A DNA stretch of 22,454 nt from Candidatus Thorarchaeota archaeon (GTDB taxonomy: Archaea; Asgardarchaeota; Thorarchaeia; Thorarchaeales; Thorarchaeaceae): assembly GCA_016839605.1 (NCBI GenBank), contig JAEOTX010000247.1, positions 1 to 22,454 of the forward strand, written 5' to 3'. Of the stretch, positions 1 to 8,740 are shown in pieces. Position 1 is the stretch's first letter. Each line of letters starts with the position of its first letter. The notes under the pieces were generated by a model. It saw only the letters and a program-made list of their open reading frames with translations. It made no database searches and was not told the origin of the DNA. The position numbers and the translations under genes were made by a program.

Positions 1-1
1 A

Positions 2-1252
2 GTATGGATTGAAACAGCCGCATTCATACCGACAAACACGCTCCTCGCATCAGGCCAGTTTGATGAGTTGATTCCTGCGGAGCGACTCCTAACAGAGTTC
101 CGGTCCATAACTGGGAATGCTTCTGCTGTTTCAGAGACCACATACGGAAATCTAACAGAGGGGACCGCCTATAGACTCGTACTAGCTCCCTCCAATCATA
201 TAACGGAAGTTACCGATCGTCTCATCGTCATTGAATCAGCGACATGGATGATCCAAGCACTCCAGGGTGAGAGTCAGCTTTCTCATACACTGAAGTTCTG
301 GAGACCCTATTTCCGCACTTACAATCTTGTCTACGGAAACAGAGCTGTTGCCTATTCAGTCGGAGCATTCTCTTTGCTCGCCTCTCTCATCCCCCTACTC
401 TTCATTCTAGCTGAACATCTTCCAAATCGAATTAGACCACAACCCATTCAACTGATAGGAGTGCGATTGAAAACAAGGCAGATTGCTTTAGTCAGCATTT
501 TCCTTGGAGCCCTTATGATTTCATTCTATGCAGTTACCGGGTATATGTCACAGGCTCTTGGAGACCCCGGTCTTCCATGGCTCAATAGCTACAATGCTCT
601 TGGATTGATTGTGTTCTTCCTGTTGTGGCCAATAGCTATGGTCTTGTTTCTGATGTTGATCCTAAAGAAAGAGAGAATGGGACAACTGCTAGAGGGACTT
701 GGATTTGAGTTTGGGAATCCCGCTACATTGTTGAAGACTTCTGGGAGAGCGATTATTCCCAGCCTGATTTGCATCATTTGGCTGATAGCGTGGATGAGCT
801 TGGGAGGTCTGCCAGACTCGCAGGGAACCACCATCATCTTGCCAATTCTTCGAATTCCAATTGATCAGAGGCTGATAGGCATCTTCTTGCTCACTTTCAT
901 TGTACTGCCATTCTCAGTTGCTGATGCCTTGTGGTCCGAGCTACTGCTCCAGAGGAAGGAGTGGGAACGAAATATTCAGCAGGTCAAAGAGATGGGAGTG
1001 GCCTTTGTCTTGCGGCTAGTGCCGATGACAGTCTTTGCTCTTGCGCTGGTTTACGGTAGTGCATTTCTTGGCATTGTGGCAGGTCCATCCGTTGTCCTTG
1101 GGCTTTTACTCCTCTACTTCGTCATCGCCTCAACAGCGGCAACATTCATCCTGTTCTTTGCCTCAACACGATTCAAGAATCCATGGCCTGCAGTCTTTGT
1201 GAATGCATTGCTTTATGCTTGGATACTGGTCAATTCTATGCCGCTCGTTTAG
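2..1252 (+). CDS. 5'-truncated protein: probable alpha/beta-hydrolase C-terminal portion fused to a multi-pass membrane domain
   Basis: The frame is open from position 2 (VWIETAAFIPTNTLLASGQFDELIP...), so the ORF-track start at 68 is internal. LLASGQFDELIP and SNHITE resemble the catalytic Asp and His segments of alpha/beta hydrolases. About 8 hydrophobic helices follow. Confidence 0.6.
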   Translation, partial: VWIETAAFIPTNTLLASGQFDELIPAERLLTEFRSITGNASAVSETTYGNLTEGTAYRLVLAPSNHITEVTDRLIVIESATWMIQALQGESQLSHTLKFWRPYFRTYNLVYGNRAVAYSVGAFSLLASLIPLLFILAEHLPNRIRPQPIQLIGVRLKTRQIALVSIFLGALMISFYAVTGYMSQALGDPGLPWLNSYNALGLIVFFLLWPIAMVLFLMLILKKERMGQLLEGLGFEFGNPATLLKTSGRAIIPSLICIIWLIAWMSLGGLPDSQGTTIILPILRIPIDQRLIGIFLLTFIVLPFSVADALWSELLLQRKEWERNIQQVKEMGVAFVLRLVPMTVFALALVYGSAFLGIVAGPSVVLGLLLLYFVIASTAATFILFFASTRFKNPWPAVFVNALLYAWILVNSMPLV

Positions 1253-2472
1253 TCATCATAAATTTCGAACTCGAGACACGCCTTTTTGAACAGCTTGAAT
1301 AGATTTTTCACAGCGGATTCATCCGGGACTTCAAGGACCATCTGTAGCTCGTTCTTATTTGGCGCAATATCTGGGTCAAAGCGGTCTTGTACGATTTCAA
1401 TCACACTGACACCAGACTCCGAAATTATGCTGAGCACCTGATGCAGACTTCCAACTCGGTCGAGGATTACTCCCTTAACCCGAACATTGCGCCCGAGGCG
1501 GAACAGCTCCTTCTCTACGACTCTTGCCATGAAGCTCATATCGATATTGCCCCCTGAAAGGACTGCAACGGCATTCTTCTTCTTGATATCGATGTGTCCG
1601 TGATGGAATGCAGAGAGCCCCACGCATCCAGCAGGTTCCACAACTATCTTAGCACGTTCAAGCAGAAGGAAGAGTGTTCTTGTGACCTCCAACTCTTCTA
1701 TAGTAGCGACATCAGTGAGTAGATTTTTTGCTATATTGAAGGTTATCCGGCCTGGTTTCTTCACTGCTATCCCATCACACACTGTGTCCAAGCCCTCAAC
1801 CTTTGTAACTCGACCAGCTTCTAGAGATGCCTTCATTGATGCTGCAGTATCTGGTTCTACTCCATAGATTTCGACTTCGGGCTTTTGCTGTTTTATTGCT
1901 ATGGCAATGCCTGTCGAGAGGCCCCCGCCTCCAACTGGGACTGCGACTACGTCTACGTCGGGCAATTCTTCGAGAATCTCAAGACCAATCGTTCCTTGAC
2001 CAGCAATCACGTTTTCATCATTAAACGGATGAAGAAATGTGACACCTCTATTCTCTGCGGTCTCTCGAGCATGAGCAAGGGCATCATCAAATACATCTCC
2101 ATGAAGGATTACCTTTGCGCCATACCCCTGGGTGGCTTGAATCTTTGCCACAGGAGAGAACCGGGGCATCACTATTGTGGACTTGAGTCCAAGTCGTTTT
2201 GCAGCATAAGCCACTCCTTGAGCATGATTTCCAGCAGACGCTGCGATGACGCCCGCCTTCTTCTCATCATCATTCAACTGGGACATTGCATAGGCGGCGC
2301 CCCTGACCTTGAATGATCCGGTCTTCTGTAGGTTCTCAAGTTTGAGATAGACGTTACCACCGGTCATTCGACTGAACGTAGTTGAGTGGTCAAGTCTGGT
2401 GACATGCTTGATTCCTTTCAAGACCTCTCTTGCATCTAGGATCTTTTCATAGATACGGTCGTGCTTTCCCAA
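1249..2472 (-). CDS. ilvA: Threonine ammonia-lyase (PLP-dependent, with C-terminal ACT-like domain)
   Basis: Motifs KLENLQKTGSFKVRGA (PLP Lys), ASAGNHAQG, HPFND..VIAGQGTIGLE, PVGGGGL and SGGNID. Start reassigned to TTG at 2472 (GGGGT 6 nt upstream); the ORF-track extension overlaps the next gene. Confidence 0.93.
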   Translation of the reverse strand: MGKHDRIYEKILDAREVLKGIKHVTRLDHSTTFSRMTGGNVYLKLENLQKTGSFKVRGAAYAMSQLNDDEKKAGVIAASAGNHAQGVAYAAKRLGLKSTIVMPRFSPVAKIQATQGYGAKVILHGDVFDDALAHARETAENRGVTFLHPFNDENVIAGQGTIGLEILEELPDVDVVAVPVGGGGLSTGIAIAIKQQKPEVEIYGVEPDTAASMKASLEAGRVTKVEGLDTVCDGIAVKKPGRITFNIAKNLLTDVATIEELEVTRTLFLLLERAKIVVEPAGCVGLSAFHHGHIDIKKKNAVAVLSGGNIDMSFMARVVEKELFRLGRNVRVKGVILDRVGSLHQVLSIISESGVSVIEIVQDRFDPDIAPNKNELQMVLEVPDESAVKNLFKLFKKACLEFEIYDD

Positions 2473-2543
2473 GATGATACCCCGAGCGACTAGGAGTCGG
2501 GGTGCCTGATAATACTTCCCTGAACCGAAATTCAGGTATTGCT

Positions 2544-3686
2544 TCAGTAGACTTTCTCCTCGATGTTGATCCCTCTGTTTCGCATCTCCTCTATGAAGAG
2601 ATCTGGTGGAACTGCAACCTCTGGTGCAAGGACACCTCGGTCGGTGATAGTTCCATCTGCACACATCACTGCTACTGCGGCAGCGGGGAATGATGTCGTG
2701 CGCATCATTGAGGTGAGTTCAGTTTCATCATCAAAGTAATCGATGAGCTGATATTGAACGGTCCTTGATTCTGTGCCCTTCCAGCCTTCAATAGTGCAAC
2801 GGACCAGTGTAACATCTTTTCCAGTGGGTGGAAGATTCTCTTCCAAAAGCCGTTCCAGTACTCTTCTAGGTGCCAGCTTCACTCCATCTATTTCCATCTC
2901 ATTGCTATCCATGAGACCCAGTTTGTAGATGCACCACATCTTGTGCCCGTGTCCAGGATATCTGATAGTCTTGTAATCCAAGTTGTCTATCTTACCTTCA
3001 TAAGTGATAGGCAGAGTGGATGTGCCTCCGCTGGTATTGAACGCCTCCAGCTTTCCAAAGGGGTCTGGAAACTCCAGCTGTTCGAATCCAATGAGGGGAT
3101 CCTCTATGACGATCTTCCCGTCGCGAAGAACGCGGCATGGCTCCACATACTCATTGATGAGTCCCTCCACAGAGAAAATCAAGGAGTAATTCAGTGGCGG
3201 CCGTGGATCCTGCTGAAGGCCACCTACACGCAACTGGACTGATTCGGTCCTCGAGAGCTGGTCAATACCTGCCCTCGCCAACACATTGGTCATTCCAGGA
3301 GCCAAGCCGATGTCAGGAACTACTGTGACACCAGCATCTTTCGCTTTGTCATGCATAGCGAACTGTTTCTCATGGACGAATATGTTCCCGCCTAAGTCTA
3401 CCATGTTTGCTCCTGTTTCAATGGCAACTTCCGTGTGCAGTTCATTTACTGTATACGAGATGGCACTGATTACTGAATCAACCCGGGAAAATAAAGAGAT
3501 GAGCTGACCCTTATCCCTTGCATCAACCTTCTCAGCTACAGCCTTCTCACCAAATTCCCTAGCAAGACCTTTAGCTGCTTTCTCATCAATGTCAGCAACG
3601 ATGAACTGCTCGACGCTGTCGGTGTGTGCAAGGTAGTATGCAGCACCTCTTCCCATAAGTCCAGAACCAAGAACAAGAACCTTCAA
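2544..3686 (-). CDS. Saccharopine dehydrogenase family / lysine 6-dehydrogenase-like NAD(P)-dependent oxidoreductase
   Basis: N-terminal KVLVLGSGLMG Rossmann motif, plus DLGG, DIGLAPGMTN, VGGLQQ..PPLNY..FSVEGLINEY and KTIRYPGH. Likely TTG start at 3686 behind GGAGTG (alternative GTG at 3695). Confidence 0.88.
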   Translation of the reverse strand: MKVLVLGSGLMGRGAAYYLAHTDSVEQFIVADIDEKAAKGLAREFGEKAVAEKVDARDKGQLISLFSRVDSVISAISYTVNELHTEVAIETGANMVDLGGNIFVHEKQFAMHDKAKDAGVTVVPDIGLAPGMTNVLARAGIDQLSRTESVQLRVGGLQQDPRPPLNYSLIFSVEGLINEYVEPCRVLRDGKIVIEDPLIGFEQLEFPDPFGKLEAFNTSGGTSTLPITYEGKIDNLDYKTIRYPGHGHKMWCIYKLGLMDSNEMEIDGVKLAPRRVLERLLEENLPPTGKDVTLVRCTIEGWKGTESRTVQYQLIDYFDDETELTSMMRTTSFPAAAVAVMCADGTITDRGVLAPEVAVPPDLFIEEMRNRGINIEEKVY

Positions 3687-3758
3687 CAAGTACACTCCTA
3701 TTGATGGCTCTTGACCTATAGTCGGTGCAATAAAAACAATATCGTAGGAGTAAATTGG

Positions 3759-4472
3759 TTACTTCATAAGTACCTCCGCATATGAATGAGGCGACACATA
3801 GCTCAAAACGCCTACAACACTTGAATGGACCTTGAAAATCTTGAACTCCTGTTCATCGAGTGGGCAGCCTTCCCACCAGCTGCAGAAGTAAGCATTAATT
3901 TTCTTTTGTAGGTCATCCTCTCCTGAGTCAAATAGTCTGAATGGTGGATCTACTTGTGGCCAGTTATTGGCATCGAAGCAGAATGGTTCACCACACACCA
4001 AGCTCAGGGTCAAGTTGTAATAATAATCACTGCAACAAAGGCCTGGGATCAGTTCCCAATCAACGTTGACCTTGTAGCATTCACCCTTTTGTTCAAACAT
4101 GAGACAAGTGTCCGTAAGGATATAACCGCCATATACATGGACGTATACATAGAATTGATCTAGGTAAGCCTGATCAATGCATAGTTGAATATCTCCTTCC
4201 GGTAGGACACTCTCAATAATCTCAATGTAACCGTCTTCCGGCTCGAGTTCCCAGCAAGCGCATTCAGACCAAAGTCCAATATCATAAGCATCTTGAGCTA
4301 TTGTGTCAGTATTTGATGCGGGGTACGTCGACCAGGAGCCAGCTTTGTTTGAAAGCTCATTGAAGTCGCCCTCCATTTGCTCCAATAGATTTGGATTCTG
4401 CGCTGCCGCAGTGTAGTTTGTGCACAGCGCAAATACAAATATGGCGCAGGCGAGGATCATGAAACGATCCAT
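3759..4472 (-). CDS. Hypothetical secreted, acidic, Cys-rich protein
   Basis: Long ORF filling the gap between genes. Signal-peptide-like MDRFMILACAIFVFALCTNYTAAA-Q from ATG 4472 (alternatives 4541 and 4460). 11 Cys in the predicted mature part. No family recognised. Confidence 0.7.
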   Translation of the reverse strand: MDRFMILACAIFVFALCTNYTAAAQNPNLLEQMEGDFNELSNKAGSWSTYPASNTDTIAQDAYDIGLWSECACWELEPEDGYIEIIESVLPEGDIQLCIDQAYLDQFYVYVHVYGGYILTDTCLMFEQKGECYKVNVDWELIPGLCCSDYYYNLTLSLVCGEPFCFDANNWPQVDPPFRLFDSGEDDLQKKINAYFCSWWEGCPLDEQEFKIFKVHSSVVGVLSYVSPHSYAEVLMK

Positions 4473-4833
4473 CGAACGGGTAGAACGACTTGCGGAGTAA
4501 TCTCTTATGTACGGAGTCACTTCCTTCCATCTCCCGGACATCTTACGAATTTCCCTTCCTAACCTATTAGTACCACGTAGGTTTATCGATTAGGTGTAGT
4601 TACAATAGCTAACCCTTGTAATAAGCTGTTCTACGTCTAAAAATCGTGACAGATTTCCATTTAATTGCGCGACTCTCGATATATTACTTAAAAAAGACCT
4701 CAGATTTTCAGAGTTTTTATTCAAACCTCTTCATTATTTTTCAACTAATCAATATAACAACAAATGAAAGTATATGCTACTATCAATTGCAAATGAATGC
4801 GACTTATCACTCCCTCATTCTTAATACACTGAT

Positions 4834-6726
4834 TCAGACCTCTCTCGAAAAGACTGGTTGCTTGGACACGAGCTTCGGAAGCAAGAGGCGCTGCCTTGGT
4901 GCGAAGCTTGTCTTCCTATAAATGAGTTCAGTCAATTCCTGGATGCTCATTGATGCTTGATCGCCTTCCTCGCGACACCTAACTGACAACTCTCCAGACT
5001 CACGTTCCTTGTCGCCCACGACACAGATGTATGGGATCCAAAGCTTTTCTGCTGCTCTTACTTTCTTCCCCACCGTCTGTGATCTGTCATCTATCTCGTA
5101 GCGGACTCCGCGCTTGTCCAACTCCTTACCAAGCTCCAAACAGTAGTCAATCATACTCTCATCTACTGGTAAGAGACGCACTTGAGATGGAGTCATCCAA
5201 AGAGGTATCTTCGGTTTCATCCCTCGGCTCTTGTCCTTGTGTGCCTGTTCAAGGACTCCGTAAAGAATCCGTTCCATTGAACCGGATGGTGAAGTGTGAA
5301 GAATCAGAGGACGCTTCTCTTTCCCGTCCTCTCCGATATACTTGATGTCAAATCGGTCTGCATTTTCTACATCAATCTGAATAGTCCCTAGACATCCCGC
5401 TTTCTTCTGTGCGTCAACAACATTCCACTCGCCCTTGAAGATGAAGTATGCGTATTGGTCCTCGAAGAGCTCAATCATCATTGGTTTGTCGATAGTCCGA
5501 GCCACACCATTCATGAACTCGCGGTTCTCTTCAAAGAACGACCGAAGAACTCTGAACGAAACCTCATAATCGACTTCAAGCTCTTTCTGGAGCTTCTCAA
5601 CAAAGACCAATTGCCTATTCACTGCTTCAATAGCGCCATTCACATCAGCCACAAACTCATGAATATCAGCCATTGTGAATACTCGTGGTCTCCTCATTCC
5701 AGCTAGCTCCCCGCTCTGCTCTCGTCGGAAAGACTGAGCAATCTCAAAGAGCTTGAGTGGCATTTGCCTGTGAGATACCACTGCTTGCGATATAAGCAGG
5801 AATTGACCAAAACATGCTGCAAATCTTGCAAAGTAGTCACGGTTTCCAGATCTGATCACGTACTGTCGAGATGGAAACCTCTGGAGGTAAGACTTCAGTG
5901 ATGGATGCTCATAGTCATAAATCACTGGAGTCTGGACAACATGAGCCCCATAGTCAAGCATCTCTGCTACAACGCGTTCCTCGACAGCTCTCTTCAACGT
6001 CAGACCTCGCGGAGGCCAACGGAAGTTACCTGGATCTGAACCCGGTTCATAGTCTACGAGCTCGAGTTTTTGCATCATCTCGATATGTGGAGGGGCATCA
6101 GATGCAGTCCGATCCTTATCAGTTTCGTATTTGACGTAAATCTCCAGCTCTTTGTAGTCCTTGTAGTTGAACTTGTCGTAATCAGTGAGCTTGCCATCTG
6201 GCTCCATGATATAGAACTTGGAGGCTGATTTCTCCTCAGCAACTAGTGCCGTGAGGTCCTCCCCTTCAGTAGCATCTCTCGAAGTCACCTCGCCTGTTTC
6301 AACTGAAATGTCTAGAACCTTCGACCTCTCAGCGAGAGGGTGTCCCTTGCAATGGATCTCAAATGACTTGTACCATCCAAATGGCACTCGCACAACATTG
6401 AACCCTCTTGATTCAAGGTCCTTTGTCACATTCTTGATAAGCTTCAGAGCGGTGCTCGGAGGAGATGGTTCTTCGCTAAGGTGAACAAATGGATACACAA
6501 CGATATTCTTCTCCTTGACTTCTTCTGCAGCCTGAGCTATCATGTCTGCCGTCATCTTTGATGCAGTGCCAACATCCTTCTCATCGCCCTTTTCAGCGGC
6601 GATGAAGTTCACTAAACACGAGTCCTCGGTTGTGTACGACTTCGACTTGACTGCCTCTGCATTCTTGAGTGCCTTGCGTTTAGCCTCGTAGGAGAATCCA
6701 TCACTATGTATCTGGAGCATTCTCAA
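4834..6726 (-). CDS. thrS: Threonyl-tRNA synthetase, archaeal type with N-terminal DTD-like editing domain
   Basis: N-terminus MRMLQIHSD, YPFVHLS, PFGWYKSF..CKGHPLAE (archaeal editing domain). Catalytic core RFAACFGQF, SFRREQSGEL, FTMADIH, LHTSPSGSMER. C-terminal anticodon-binding domain. Confidence 0.97.
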   Translation of the reverse strand: MRMLQIHSDGFSYEAKRKALKNAEAVKSKSYTTEDSCLVNFIAAEKGDEKDVGTASKMTADMIAQAAEEVKEKNIVVYPFVHLSEEPSPPSTALKLIKNVTKDLESRGFNVVRVPFGWYKSFEIHCKGHPLAERSKVLDISVETGEVTSRDATEGEDLTALVAEEKSASKFYIMEPDGKLTDYDKFNYKDYKELEIYVKYETDKDRTASDAPPHIEMMQKLELVDYEPGSDPGNFRWPPRGLTLKRAVEERVVAEMLDYGAHVVQTPVIYDYEHPSLKSYLQRFPSRQYVIRSGNRDYFARFAACFGQFLLISQAVVSHRQMPLKLFEIAQSFRREQSGELAGMRRPRVFTMADIHEFVADVNGAIEAVNRQLVFVEKLQKELEVDYEVSFRVLRSFFEENREFMNGVARTIDKPMMIELFEDQYAYFIFKGEWNVVDAQKKAGCLGTIQIDVENADRFDIKYIGEDGKEKRPLILHTSPSGSMERILYGVLEQAHKDKSRGMKPKIPLWMTPSQVRLLPVDESMIDYCLELGKELDKRGVRYEIDDRSQTVGKKVRAAEKLWIPYICVVGDKERESGELSVRCREEGDQASMSIQELTELIYRKTSFAPRQRLLLPKLVSKQPVFSREV

Positions 6727-6762
6727 TTTACTAGCCTCTTCTCGAGATTCAATCTTGATTTA

Positions 6763-6776
6763 CACTTAAGCTTGGC
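6763..6776 (-). promoter_or_regulatory. Candidate archaeal BRE/TATA promoter of thrS
   Basis: Minus-strand GCCAAGCTTAAGTG about 37-50 nt upstream of the start. Matches an (A/C)-G-C-T-T/A + AT-rich motif recurring before several genes in the window. Confidence 0.4.
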
Positions 6777-6835
6777 GAAGCTTCAATGTCGACTTCTTAC
6801 TTGCCTATCTTACTGGTGATCTTTCCAATAGCAAT

Positions 6836-6847
6836 AGGCTTATTAAG
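6836..6847 (+). promoter_or_regulatory. Candidate archaeal TATA promoter of the disulfide oxidoreductase
   Basis: AGGCTTATTAAG about 40 nt upstream of ATG 6888, with a GGTGA RBS just before the start. Confidence 0.5.
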
Positions 6848-6887
6848 AAATAAACAATAGTTAATATATTTCTGGTGAGTTTTTGTC

Positions 6888-8306
6888 ATGAAGAATTATG
6901 ATCTGATAGTCATAGGTTCAGGGGCAGGTCTGAATCTAGCGTCGCCTGCGTACAACAGTGGGATGAAGGTGGCGATTATTGAGAACGGGCCAATGGGTGG
7001 AACCTGCCTGAATAGAGGATGTATTCCAACAAAGATTCTGACCTACGTCGCGGATATGATAGTGCAGACCAAGCACGCTGAATCACTCAATGTCAAGGCG
7101 ACGATAGAGTCAGTTGACTTCCCAGCTTTGATGGAACGGATGCGGACTCATGTGGGAACAGATGCAAACAACATTGGCGAGTCAATTAACGCTGCAAAGG
7201 ACTATGACTGGTATCATACAACGGGGGAGTTCGTTGACGACTATACGATGATGGTCGATGGTGAGAAGATCAAGGGGGAGCACATATTCATAGCAGCTGG
7301 GACTCGACCACTGATCCCCAGAATTGACGGCATTGATACTGTAGACTTCATGACGAACAAAGAAGCGCTCCAGCTAACTGAGAAACCAAAGTCCATGATT
7401 ATTCTCGGAGGGGGATATATCGCTGCGGAGTTTGGGCACTTCTTCTCAGCAGTTGGAACTGATGTTACAATCATCGGTAGGAATCCGTATCTAGTCAAAA
7501 TGGAGGATCATGATGTTTCTGAGCTCTTGAAGCGAGAGCTATCAAAACGCATGAGAGTCCTAACAAATCACGAGGCCATTAGCGTGACTCAGGCTGATGG
7601 TACAAGAACAGTTGTGGCTAGGGACCGCGACTCAGGAGCCGAGAAGTCATTCAGCGCTGATAGTCTCTTGGTGGCTGTTGGTCGAAGGTCCAACGCAGAC
7701 TTGCTCAAGCCGGAGAAGACAGGAGTCAAGACATATGACAAAGGCTTTGTCATCGTTGACGACTACTTCAGAACTACCAAGAAACGAATTTGGGCCTTCG
7801 GAGATGCCATCGGGAAGTACATGTTTCGACACGTCGCAAATGAGGAATCGGGCATTGTCTGGTACAACTGGTCAAGGTCTCTTCAAGGCTCAGGTCCTGA
7901 GGAGTTCATATCAATGGACTACACCGCAGTGCCCTGGGCTGTTTTTTCGTATCCGCCAATTGCGACTGTGGGGATGAACCTCAGACAGGCAAAAGAATCC
8001 GGACAACGGCTATTGGTTGGTCAGGCGGGCTATGACAGTGTGGCTAAGGGATTCGCTATGGGAGAACCAGAGGGCTTTGCTAGGATAATAGCTGATGCTG
8101 AAACGCAACGCATACTTGGCGGAACCGTCGTAGGACCCTACGCCCCGATGCTCCTACAAGAAGTCATCACATTGATGAATACTGATAATGGTTCGTTCAT
8201 TCCATCACGGAGAGCAATGTATATCCACCCCGCGCTATCTGAGGTGGTCAGAAATGCGTTTGGCAACCTAGCGCCAATTGATGGTGGACATCAACATCAT
8301 CATTAG
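6888..8306 (+). CDS. Class I pyridine nucleotide-disulfide oxidoreductase (dihydrolipoyl dehydrogenase / mycothione reductase-like)
   Basis: YDLIVIGSGAG (FAD), GGTCLNRGCIP (redox CxxxxC), ILGGGYIAAEF (NAD), AFGD and C-terminal HPALSE. Ends in a His-rich tail GGHQHHH. Confidence 0.9.
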   Translation: MKNYDLIVIGSGAGLNLASPAYNSGMKVAIIENGPMGGTCLNRGCIPTKILTYVADMIVQTKHAESLNVKATIESVDFPALMERMRTHVGTDANNIGESINAAKDYDWYHTTGEFVDDYTMMVDGEKIKGEHIFIAAGTRPLIPRIDGIDTVDFMTNKEALQLTEKPKSMIILGGGYIAAEFGHFFSAVGTDVTIIGRNPYLVKMEDHDVSELLKRELSKRMRVLTNHEAISVTQADGTRTVVARDRDSGAEKSFSADSLLVAVGRRSNADLLKPEKTGVKTYDKGFVIVDDYFRTTKKRIWAFGDAIGKYMFRHVANEESGIVWYNWSRSLQGSGPEEFISMDYTAVPWAVFSYPPIATVGMNLRQAKESGQRLLVGQAGYDSVAKGFAMGEPEGFARIIADAETQRILGGTVVGPYAPMLLQEVITLMNTDNGSFIPSRRAMYIHPALSEVVRNAFGNLAPIDGGHQHHH

Positions 8307-8317
8307 TGGAGACATAG

Positions 8318-8650
8318 TCACCATACCATCGGGCTGTATCCTTCCTTGATCAGTCCGGATATCAGTGATCCAACATAATCTACCTTTATACCTAGCTCAG
8401 CAGTTTGCTCTGAAGTTTCATCTCGGTCAGACAGAAACTTGCAGGCCACTGTCTCACATAACTCCGTGATTTCCTCAGCTGCCGCCGCAACTTCGGCATC
8501 CTCGACGAGCAGATTTTGTGATGGACCGAAGAATATCAGCCGCATATCATCCATCCATTTGTAGCGAATCGCATTTGCTGTATACATCAGAGCTGTCAGG
8601 GCTTTCTCTCTGTCACCTGTAGCAATAATCACTAGTAGCTTTGAACTCAT
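8318..8650 (-). CDS. DsrE/F-like family protein
   Basis: 110 aa. KLLVIIATGD, RLIFFGPS, VACK..S and a C-terminal LIKEGY.PMVW pattern are typical of short DsrE-like proteins. Confidence 0.75.
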   Translation of the reverse strand: MSSKLLVIIATGDREKALTALMYTANAIRYKWMDDMRLIFFGPSQNLLVEDAEVAAAAEEITELCETVACKFLSDRDETSEQTAELGIKVDYVGSLISGLIKEGYSPMVW

Positions 8651-8740
8651 TGATTCAACTCCGCGTGAATAGCTCTATTCTGTGTAGCATTCAGCTTGAC
8701 AAATAAAAGGGAGATGGATGCGGATTTTTGGTATGGGTCT

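Noticed and set aside
2473-2664. N-terminal extension of the threonine ammonia-lyase ORF (MCRWNYH...)
   Set aside because: It overlaps the upstream dehydrogenase gene and has no family similarity; an RBS-supported TTG exists at 2472.
4646-4921. 91-aa plus-strand ORF in the AT-rich spacer
   Set aside because: Composition is typical of AT-rich non-coding DNA, it overlaps the thrS 3' end on the opposite strand, and there is no RBS.
6888-8306. Mercuric reductase MerA call
   Set aside because: No C-terminal Cys-Cys pair or HMA domain; it has an HPxxxE motif instead.
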